A stretch of 64,000 nt of DNA from an uncultured archaeon (GTDB taxonomy: Archaea; Asgardarchaeota; Thorarchaeia; Thorarchaeales; Thorarchaeaceae). Below are positions 1-7,955 of this stretch, piece after piece. The stretch's first letter is position 1. Every line of letters starts with the position of its first letter. The position numbers were made by a program, and so were the translations under genes. The DNA lies in contig CAZLEV010000001.1 in NCBI GenBank assembly GCA_964558645.1, positions 189,568 to 253,567 of the forward strand. Reading direction: 5' to 3'. The notes under the pieces were generated by a model. It was not told the origin of the DNA. It was given only the letters and a program-made list of their open reading frames with translations, and did no database searches.

Positions 1-113
1 GAGAGGCAATATGCGTGGTCAAGGTCGATGACGCAACAGATGTCTTGGAGGATGGGATGCACATTCGGGTTGTGGCCTATGAGAGCCGCGGTGACATCTA
101 CTTCATAGACTAG
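1..113 (+). CDS. C-terminal fragment of a probable PEP-utilising enzyme mobile (swivelling His) domain protein; 5' truncated by window
   Basis: Manual translation from nt 3: EAICVVKVDDATDVLEDGMHIRVVAYESRGDIYFID*. Resembles the IPCVVG..AT..L.DG..I.V....G.VY end of PEP_utilizers domains. Confidence 0.5.
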   Translation, partial: EAICVVKVDDATDVLEDGMHIRVVAYESRGDIYFID

Positions 114-1870
114 GTTGGAGAGTCAAGGAGCCTCTGGTTCTTCATAGCGAGTGGGAGATACACTATGAAGCGCGGTCCCTGGGTATAGTCTCCCTCTATT
201 CGGTCTTTGATTTCAAGACTGCCATAGTATCTTTCTGCCAATGCCTTTGCGAGAGGCAATCCGACTCCCGCACTGGGTAGATTCGAGCGGACTCTCCAAT
301 CGAACAACTTCGGCTTAATAGCATCGGGAATCCCTTGTCCATTGGAGTCGATGACAACTTGAAGTTGATCTCCCATAATACTCGTCTTGACTGATATCAC
401 TGGTTTCGAATCCTCTCGAGTCCAAATGCAATGTCTCAATATGCTGGAGAAGCAATGAAACACCATTCTCTCTGCAAATACTGAATCGGTGCCCTCATGG
501 AAGCTCAGTTCTACTGAGACCTGTTTCTCCGGAAATTTGGTCTGTACTTCTGCAACAGCCTGTTTCAATATGGTAGTCACCGAAACGGGTCTTGCATCCG
601 GAGGCGTCTTTCTGGCCTCGGCCATAAGTTTCACATCTCTGACCAACTCAACAGCACGGTCAATCTGCGCCTTTGTCATCTCCATCGAATCGAATAGCAT
701 TCCCTTGTCATCAGGATTCTCTAGAGTAAGCTCCACACCAAGCAGTATGCTCTGTAAGAGATTGGAGATGTCATGTCCAAGGAGATCGAGGTACAGCTCG
801 GCTCGATCTCGCTCCTCAAGCACGTCGTCTAGGAGTGAAGCCAGTTGTTCCGCCTCTTTGTTTCTGACTGTCGGTGTGACATCATTCAGGAGGATTAGAA
901 CAGAGAAGGGGATCCCCTTGCTACTGGTCTGATGAGGGACAATCTCAATTTGATAGAGCTTGGTTGGATCCAATAAAGGCAGGTTGGTATACGGGAGGGT
1001 TATCTCCATGCCTGAACTGAAGACTCTGTCAACCGCATCTCCCACATGAGCCAGAACAACCTCTGCAAGCCTCATGCCCTTCCCTCCTTCATGCCTTTCT
1101 TCTATCTCGCCACAGAGATTTGTCATCTCTATCTCGGCACGTCCATAGACCAAGATGAAGCCAACTCCAAATCGGGTATATAGACTTGCAAATGTAGGAG
1201 TCCTCAGAATCACAACACCAGCTGCAATCAGCAGAACAGCAAGAGCCATATTGACCAGCCCAATCTCGACAAGCCTAAACAAACCTGCTCCAATTGCTTC
1301 TCCCAGATACATGGCAAGGAATCCTGCGAAGACAAGACGTGCACCTCGGCTGTATTCCGGCTTCTCTATGCGAAACGGATTCGTGATTATAAGCGTGATA
1401 TACGCGGCGAAAAGAACCGTTATGATACTGACTCCGAAAACAACAACCAATTGCCTGACTGCTTCCACACTTAGAAGGAACACCGCTGCTGCTGCCCCAG
1501 GCAAAAGGATCATTGGAACAAAGTGAGCAGCTCTCTGGACTATTTGATTCATCTTACCTACTCTTGCAGCAAGATTAGACTGGACCATTTGGAGTCCTAG
1601 TGGAATAAGGGGCGCAGAAACCAGATAGTCCGTGGACCTTGCTATCCTATTGATATACGAGGTATCGGGCGTATTGAAAAAGAAATAGAGTGCAAGAAGT
1701 CTTATCGAAACGCAAAGGCAGAACAGCAATGCACTGATTTCGACACGGTCTCTATACAAGTATGTCTGGTACGCGAAATAGACTGCAACCAGCATAGTGA
1801 CTAATGAGGCATAGAGCGCAGTCTCATACATTGGTCCACGGTCCCGTTGCCGAATCAACAGATTGTTCAT
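110..1870 (-). CDS. Membrane-bound sensor histidine kinase-like protein with degenerate ATPase domain
   Basis: About 7 N-terminal TM helices; H-box DLLGHDISNLLQ; C-terminal HATPase-like region (NGQGIP, AGVGLPLA..L.E.Y.G.L). Confidence 0.8.
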   Translation of the reverse strand: MNNLLIRQRDRGPMYETALYASLVTMLVAVYFAYQTYLYRDRVEISALLFCLCVSIRLLALYFFFNTPDTSYINRIARSTDYLVSAPLIPLGLQMVQSNLAARVGKMNQIVQRAAHFVPMILLPGAAAAVFLLSVEAVRQLVVVFGVSIITVLFAAYITLIITNPFRIEKPEYSRGARLVFAGFLAMYLGEAIGAGLFRLVEIGLVNMALAVLLIAAGVVILRTPTFASLYTRFGVGFILVYGRAEIEMTNLCGEIEERHEGGKGMRLAEVVLAHVGDAVDRVFSSGMEITLPYTNLPLLDPTKLYQIEIVPHQTSSKGIPFSVLILLNDVTPTVRNKEAEQLASLLDDVLEERDRAELYLDLLGHDISNLLQSILLGVELTLENPDDKGMLFDSMEMTKAQIDRAVELVRDVKLMAEARKTPPDARPVSVTTILKQAVAEVQTKFPEKQVSVELSFHEGTDSVFAERMVFHCFSSILRHCIWTREDSKPVISVKTSIMGDQLQVVIDSNGQGIPDAIKPKLFDWRVRSNLPSAGVGLPLAKALAERYYGSLEIKDRIEGDYTQGPRFIVYLPLAMKNQRLLDSPT

Positions 1871-1991
1871 TCAAATCGCCGTTTGAAGGCTGTTCCCAAG
1901 GGAACTCTCTGTTGTGAATTAGGTCCCAATCGGCATTACGTCCGCAGTTGGCATCATACCTTTATAGAAGAATCTTGTTTGCATTTCGGTT

Positions 1992-3005
1992 GTGAATCCT
2001 CTGATTGAGTTAGATACCCTCATAAGTCGGACCCGAATAGTGGACCGACGGAATACCCTTTATGAACTGGTTCTATATCTCGTACTGATCTCCATTGGCT
2101 CAATCATTTATGTCATTCTTCTCACGTTATTGTCTGTTCATGTCGCCGTGCCACACCTTGCCGTGCTTGTAGTGGGAGTCCATGTATCCTTAGGTTTCTG
2201 TGTGATTATTCAGGGAGTTAAGACAGGCCGTCGTCTGAAGAGCAGGACTACGTTTCTCGATTCAAAAACTAGTCCTGAAGAAACATTGTTTCACCAAGGC
2301 TCAAGAGATGACATCCGTCGTGTCTTTGAACGATGGGAGCTGGATGCACAGAGAGGGAGGCAAGAACACCAAGATGAGATTTCTGATATCCTGCTATTTC
2401 TGTTGCTCTTCCAAACGATTCTCGTGACTGCCTTTGTGCTCGTGTCTGACGAATACCTGTATCTTCTGATGACGCTTCCTTTCACTCTGGCATTGCTTGT
2501 AGCAGCAGGTCTGATCCATTCACACATTATGTCACCCGGCCCTCATTTCTCTGATCTTCTCAATCATTTTGAGTTCTATGTCATGAATCGGCTGAATGCA
2601 CTTGAATCCGCATTTCGCAAGTCCTCGATCTCGCTCGAATGGGGTCAGTGTGGGTCGGTGCCAGTTCTTCATGATATCGGGTTCCGTTTGAAACACAACG
2701 ACAACTCGCACCCTATTCTCGAATATCGGATTGGTATAGCATCCACTGCAGCCGAGCGCTTCTTGGTATTCGCAGGTATTCCAGATGCAGACGCGAAACA
2801 AATCATGGATCTGCTTCCAAAAGAATGGCGTCTAATTCAAGACTATGATGAGACCGTGTCCCTTGCTATAGTACATCGATACAGAAACTTGGATGCATCT
2901 AATGACATCACGTACCTTCTCACTCCTTCACAGATTCAGAGAGATACAGAGGAGGTTGTTCAGATTGCAGAATTACTCCGGGATGCTCTCTTGGATAAGA
3001 ACTAG
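1992..3005 (+). CDS. Hypothetical membrane protein (4 TM)
   Basis: 337-aa ORF, two hydrophobic hairpins; TTTATA at 1961 about 30 nt upstream. Confidence 0.65.
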   Translation: MNPLIELDTLISRTRIVDRRNTLYELVLYLVLISIGSIIYVILLTLLSVHVAVPHLAVLVVGVHVSLGFCVIIQGVKTGRRLKSRTTFLDSKTSPEETLFHQGSRDDIRRVFERWELDAQRGRQEHQDEISDILLFLLLFQTILVTAFVLVSDEYLYLLMTLPFTLALLVAAGLIHSHIMSPGPHFSDLLNHFEFYVMNRLNALESAFRKSSISLEWGQCGSVPVLHDIGFRLKHNDNSHPILEYRIGIASTAAERFLVFAGIPDADAKQIMDLLPKEWRLIQDYDETVSLAIVHRYRNLDASNDITYLLTPSQIQRDTEEVVQIAELLRDALLDKN

Positions 3006-3071
3006 TGTTTCTTCAAAATCACGCAGGATTAACTTAAAATTCGATGACGTGCCTCTTATCGCTAAGGAACC

Positions 3072-4379
3072 ATGATGAAAGTCCGAATGAAGGTTGATTC
3101 TCAATGGCTTGGAAAAGAACGCCGTAGTATGGAGAAGATGAAACAGGACTATAAGTCGTGGGAGGCTGAAACACTACAGAAGGCCAGAGAAGCGGACGAC
3201 CTCCGTTCCTTGCGAGATGTATTCTATCAGCTGGGAGATCGGTGGGAATGGGATCAGGCAACGGGGTCTTGGCTCTCTAGCGGACAGCCGCTCGATACAA
3301 TTGGGCTTGTCCTTAGGTTGCCGGGACTAGAGCCGCAAAAGCAACGATACATTCTCTACGCGGTCATGGCTTACAGCAAGGGGTTCACCAACCAGTTCGA
3401 TCATCTTGGGGACAAGGAACGGATTATCATCGAGCTCGATAAGGAATCCGGCACCATTCAGGCATGGTCGACGACGGGCCACGGAGCGATGGATATCATA
3501 CCCTTAGATTTGACCAGATTCGGGGATGTGGAAACTGCCCTTCAGAGATGCTATATCGTTGCTCAACCTGGCGACCACGCCTTACGCTTGGAGCTTCCCG
3601 AATCAGATGTGTCTTTCTATTCGCTGAAACACTGGCTCTGGAAGATAGCAAGCGGTTGTCGGTCCTTTACGCTAAGAGAGGTTGTGGTGCTTGACAGTGA
3701 GGATATTGAACAGCAACTCGACTTTGTCTTCTACAATTACGCAAAATCAGTGATAGACTTGGAAAGAGAATGGAAGCGACAGCACAGAAGCCTCTTTGGA
3801 AAGGCTCGTGAGGCGCTGCTAGATGAGATACCCGACGATGTGGAGAGGCGGGACAAGCAGCTGCTACGACGAGTTGAGGGACTCATTCATGTTCTCTGGT
3901 TCACTCCCTGTGCGAGGCAGATCAGACTGATAACCAGGTTCTTCGAAGACCTCCGCTCTGAAACATCACCTTCGCAGTTGTTGTTGCATCTACTTCCCCT
4001 CATTGGTGAGGTTCAGCATACTCTGAATGATATCATAGAGAAGTCGAAGTATCTCAAATGGAAGAGTGTGATGGACAAACAGAGCTACAAGACTAGCAAA
4101 CTGTTTGAGGGACTCGATCTATCAGATCTTGCGAAGGAAGCTTTTGCTGTTGCCCTCGAAGATATACTGAAGGAACACACGTTAGCCTATATCGGATACC
4201 CTGAGAGAGCTACACCGAAGAGCAAAGTCGTGAGGCTACTCTTTGGGACACTCGTCCTGCCAGTGCGGCTGCTGACATCCTTTGCTCTGTATATCCGGCG
4301 GAAGGCCAGATCACTGAAGAACTCTCTTGCTAGGAAACCTAGTGGTTCAAAGGAACATGATGACCGCTGCGGAGCTTGA
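3072..4379 (+). CDS. Hypothetical protein with possible Vps62/NPP1-like motif set
   Basis: 435-aa ORF; HLGDKERIII...TGHG...YIVAQPGDHA motif order; C-terminal hydrophobic segment followed by a basic tail. Confidence 0.6.
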   Translation: MMKVRMKVDSQWLGKERRSMEKMKQDYKSWEAETLQKAREADDLRSLRDVFYQLGDRWEWDQATGSWLSSGQPLDTIGLVLRLPGLEPQKQRYILYAVMAYSKGFTNQFDHLGDKERIIIELDKESGTIQAWSTTGHGAMDIIPLDLTRFGDVETALQRCYIVAQPGDHALRLELPESDVSFYSLKHWLWKIASGCRSFTLREVVVLDSEDIEQQLDFVFYNYAKSVIDLEREWKRQHRSLFGKAREALLDEIPDDVERRDKQLLRRVEGLIHVLWFTPCARQIRLITRFFEDLRSETSPSQLLLHLLPLIGEVQHTLNDIIEKSKYLKWKSVMDKQSYKTSKLFEGLDLSDLAKEAFAVALEDILKEHTLAYIGYPERATPKSKVVRLLFGTLVLPVRLLTSFALYIRRKARSLKNSLARKPSGSKEHDDRCGA

Positions 4380-4404
4380 CTGCTGATGTGCCTTTGTAGA
4401 ATCT

Positions 4405-5133
4405 CTATCCGAAGAGGTCAAGGAGCAGAGGGAGTGATTCGACCACTTCTATGCCTTCAGGAGCCTTCTCCGCCTCCTCAGCGTCTGACCAAGTAGTTAG
4501 AATCGGAATCATCTCTGCTCTGATTGCCGCTTCGATATCAGCTTCAACGAGATTCCCAACATAGGCGCAGCACCTGGGATTCATGTCAATCTTCTCTGCG
4601 GCATCGAGGAGAGTATATGGATTTGGCTTGGCGTAGCCGGGTACTCCACTCCAAGTTACCACGGATATGATGTCGCCAATTCCCGAAGATACGATAAGGT
4701 GCGATGGGTCGTGGAACCGTCTGGTGCAGATGCCCAAGGTATACTCTCGGTCATGAAGACCCACAAGAGTTTCGAATGCCTCTTCTGTTAAGTACTCATA
4801 CTCGGGGCTTCGAATCGCCTCTGTCCAACGTTTCTCGAATTTCAGGATCGTTTCATCTGAGAGGTTGGTAACACCCAGAGCTTCGAACATTATTCGGTCT
4901 GCCTGAAGCCATTCTGTTGGGTCATTCCCCCAATGGACATCAGCATTGCTACGAACGAGCTCTGCATTGAGCCAGCTATCCGACTTCTGAAATGCCTCAT
5001 CAAGCTGTTCATCACTGAATCTCTGAAGATTGATTTCGAAATCGCGACCAATCTCTCTGAGCAGCTCAAGAGGCGATGATTTGGTTCCCGTAAGAGTGTG
5101 ATGCAGGTCGAAGAGAAATGCTCTGGGTTTCAT
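4405..5133 (-). CDS. HAD-superfamily hydrolase
   Basis: Motif I FDLHHTL (variant), motif II ICT, motif III/IV KPNP...YVGNLVEADIEAA. Confidence 0.85.
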   Translation of the reverse strand: MKPRAFLFDLHHTLTGTKSSPLELLREIGRDFEINLQRFSDEQLDEAFQKSDSWLNAELVRSNADVHWGNDPTEWLQADRIMFEALGVTNLSDETILKFEKRWTEAIRSPEYEYLTEEAFETLVGLHDREYTLGICTRRFHDPSHLIVSSGIGDIISVVTWSGVPGYAKPNPYTLLDAAEKIDMNPRCCAYVGNLVEADIEAAIRAEMIPILTTWSDAEEAEKAPEGIEVVESLPLLLDLFG

Positions 5134-5228
5134 TCTCGGGAGCCTCTGTTCACGAGCGGATTGCAGGCTGTGATAGAAATCTTTTGGTCTGAAATTCAGG
5201 GGCCACCATCTTATTGGTGGTGTAATCT

Positions 5229-6515
5229 CTAGCTAATCTCCACGACGGGTTGTCTGCTCTTTCCCTGGGGAATCAGCGAGAAGACTCTGTCAGCCCCCTC
5301 CTTCAGCTCTTCCATATGCGTGACAACCAAGACCTGTTCAACGGTCTTCAGGCCAGCAATCGCCTCAGGCATCCATCTTCTTCTCTGTGAATCCAGTCCG
5401 GCCCCTGGCTCATCAAGGATGATTAGTGCAGGTGCCCTCTCTCTGAACGACTGTTTCTGGAGCGCAGTGTTGACAGCAACTCTGAGTGCAAAATTCACAC
5501 ACACATCCTCTCCACCCGAGGCAGCCATCAAGGAAACATGGTTACCCGTCAGGTTGTATAATTGGATGTCATAATCATCGGTTATCGTGATGTCACTATA
5601 TCTGTCTCCAAAAATGCTCAGGAAGATTGCTCGGGCCTCGGCTCTGATAGCGGGTCGAAGCTGCTCCTCTGCAATCTGAGGAATCGTACTGATGATCCGT
5701 TCCAGATTTCTAGCCAACACCTTCTGCTGTTTCAACTCTGCAGGGACCTCAGTGAACTCTTCAGACTCTATTTGTCGGTCTATTTCATCAATCGAGCCTT
5801 GAACTTTGGCCAGCAGTTCCTGAACAATCTCTAATTCAGCCCCGTCTTTCAGAGAGGCTCTGATTGATTCCAGCGAGTCGATTGCTTTCTTGAGTTCTTG
5901 TTCAGCTGGCAAGTGTTTGCGGATCTCTAGGAGCCGTTCTTTCTGCGTTTCGAGCATTTTCAGCTGTTTTCTAAGACTACTCATCTTGCTCTTTATTCTT
6001 GATTGGGCGTCTGAATACAACCCCAACCCCATCATATCATAAAGGCTATTCCTTCTTTTCTTGGGCTGAAGCCGTGAGAGTCGGTCAATCTCTCCTTGAC
6101 GCACATATGTCAGGGCAGCGAATGCGTGTCTGTTCAAACCCAGAAGCTTTTCGATCTCGTCGTCGACCCTGGTGGCACCTGACTCGAGCGGGTCGCTATT
6201 CCCTTTGACAAAGAGGTCAGCGTTTGTCTTTCCGGGATGGATGCTTCTAACCACACGATACGTTCGTCCATTGACCGGGGCAATGAATTCAAGCTCCACG
6301 ACTGCCTTGTTGCGTCCATGTCGGATGAGTTCCTCAACTTTGGAGATGCTCTTCTCCTTTCGAGTGACCCGTCGAAAGAGCGCGAATTCGATGGCCTCGA
6401 GAATCGTTGTCTTTCCCGAGCCGTTAGGCCCCACGACCGCGGTGGTCCCTGACTCGAATGAAAATGTCTGGTCCCGAAAGAGCTTGAAATTGCGCAGTGA
6501 GATTTCCTTGATCAC
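5229..6515 (-). CDS. Short Rad50/SbcC-like SMC-family ATPase (428 aa, no zinc hook)
   Basis: IxLxNFK start, Walker A GPNGSGKT, Q-loop YVRQGE, signature ASGGE, Walker B/D-loop IILDEPGAGLD, H-loop VTH; coupled to the upstream Mre11. Confidence 0.9.
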   Translation of the reverse strand: MIKEISLRNFKLFRDQTFSFESGTTAVVGPNGSGKTTILEAIEFALFRRVTRKEKSISKVEELIRHGRNKAVVELEFIAPVNGRTYRVVRSIHPGKTNADLFVKGNSDPLESGATRVDDEIEKLLGLNRHAFAALTYVRQGEIDRLSRLQPKKRRNSLYDMMGLGLYSDAQSRIKSKMSSLRKQLKMLETQKERLLEIRKHLPAEQELKKAIDSLESIRASLKDGAELEIVQELLAKVQGSIDEIDRQIESEEFTEVPAELKQQKVLARNLERIISTIPQIAEEQLRPAIRAEARAIFLSIFGDRYSDITITDDYDIQLYNLTGNHVSLMAASGGEDVCVNFALRVAVNTALQKQSFRERAPALIILDEPGAGLDSQRRRWMPEAIAGLKTVEQVLVVTHMEELKEGADRVFSLIPQGKSRQPVVEIS

Positions 6516-6517
6516 GA

Positions 6518-7594
6518 TTATCGCCCCATGATGTGATGGTACAAACTCACCATTTCTTCTGGGTCATACTCTCTGGTCTGTTCCAGATACTGGACAATGG
6601 ATTTCTCCGCATTGAGCGGTTCTGACAATTCGACAGCACGAGGTCCATATACCCGCCATCTCGGTTCTATGTGGAAGAATAGAGGGTCGCATCTCTTCTC
6701 ACCATATTGAAGTATCTCCGTCCTGTTTATAGCTTGTTCAGTTTCGCTATCGATTGTTCCCCCTACCTCAACAATTATGACAGGCTTGTCCTGCTTCTTG
6801 ATGGATAGCTCATCTATACGTTTCTTCATGTATGCACTGATCTCTTCTGGGCCCATACCTGTCACACTTAGGCCGGTGATGAACTTGAATTCGCGCACAT
6901 CGTTGAGTATTTCGGTGGAATACTCATTTCCCTCCCTTGTTACATCTGCTACAATGAGCTTCTTTCTCGAGCCTTGTTCCTTCTTCCAGTCCACGATACC
7001 GGTTGAACCGGGTCGGCCGATTCCATATTCCTCATCCAACCAGAAACTGTGGGAATGGCCTATGCCAATGTAATCAAAAGAGATGGGCAACTCGTGTTTC
7101 TCAACAGGAAGATCATGAGCGAAGAGGAGATTGACATTATCAGATGGATGAGTGTGTTGACCGAGAAGATGCCGAATCCGCCTCTCTCTGGTCCATGAGA
7201 TAAGATGGATATCGACGGCTTTTCCATCACAGTCGATACTGAACGAGTCATGGTCTTCTGTTCCCGTGGAGCGGATTAGTCCCGCATTCTCAATGCTGAG
7301 TATGGGACTAAACTGCCTGCGGTAACCATATGGTAGGTCATGATTTCCATGGACAACAATCTTACAGATCTCGTCCCCTATGTTCTTGAAGAGATCCATC
7401 ACAAAGCTGAGGTCCTCGTTTGAAGGAAACGGGCTGTCGAACAGGTCTCCCGTGTGAACAAGAATGTCAGGAGAGTGTCGTAGTGCCATATCGACTGCTT
7501 TCTTCAAGCACCTTCTCGCATCTTCTCTACGTTCTGATAGCTGGAATATCGCGCTGCCGAGATGCGAGTCCGAGATGTGAGCAACCCGTACCAT
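6518..7594 (-). CDS. Mre11/SbcD-family DNA repair nuclease
   Basis: Phosphoesterase motifs DSHLG, GDLFD, GNHD, AH, GHSH; 2 nt from the Rad50-like gene. Confidence 0.9.
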   Translation of the reverse strand: MVRVAHISDSHLGSAIFQLSERREDARRCLKKAVDMALRHSPDILVHTGDLFDSPFPSNEDLSFVMDLFKNIGDEICKIVVHGNHDLPYGYRRQFSPILSIENAGLIRSTGTEDHDSFSIDCDGKAVDIHLISWTRERRIRHLLGQHTHPSDNVNLLFAHDLPVEKHELPISFDYIGIGHSHSFWLDEEYGIGRPGSTGIVDWKKEQGSRKKLIVADVTREGNEYSTEILNDVREFKFITGLSVTGMGPEEISAYMKKRIDELSIKKQDKPVIIVEVGGTIDSETEQAINRTEILQYGEKRCDPLFFHIEPRWRVYGPRAVELSEPLNAEKSIVQYLEQTREYDPEEMVSLYHHIMGR

Positions 7595-7955
7595 CCGCCC
7601 TCACCTGTACAGGCTCTTGATACTGGGTCGCCGATATTTTAATGAATCTGAATCAGACTCTTTGTAGAGCAATCAGTGAATCAGGTTCTGAGTAAGACGT
7701 TACGATGGTTCGTGCTGGTCTCATCATTATCTTCTCGAGCGGCAAAATGGTGAGAACTCGTCAGCGCATGATTGAACACCAAGAGGCATCCTGCTGTCCT
7801 AGCGTGTATTACAAGCTTTGAAATCGCAGTAGTCTTTGTCTTTCGTACGGAGGCCGAATGTAGATTTCTACAACACCCCCAGATTTCTCAACATCCCTTC
7901 CCAGGCGGCCTCCGACTCTCTTTCTCTTCTAAACCTCCATTTTCTGACTGGTTCC

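Noticed and set aside
7765-7825. Further mini-element fragments here, at about 11030-11070 and at 50933-50944
   Set aside because: Short isolated matches expected by chance; blocks are not in consistent order.
7859-7897. Cas12a-like or CRISPR repeat (GTAGA/TCTAC)
   Set aside because: Only two adjacent imperfect units, no spacers, stem order reversed, no cas genes.
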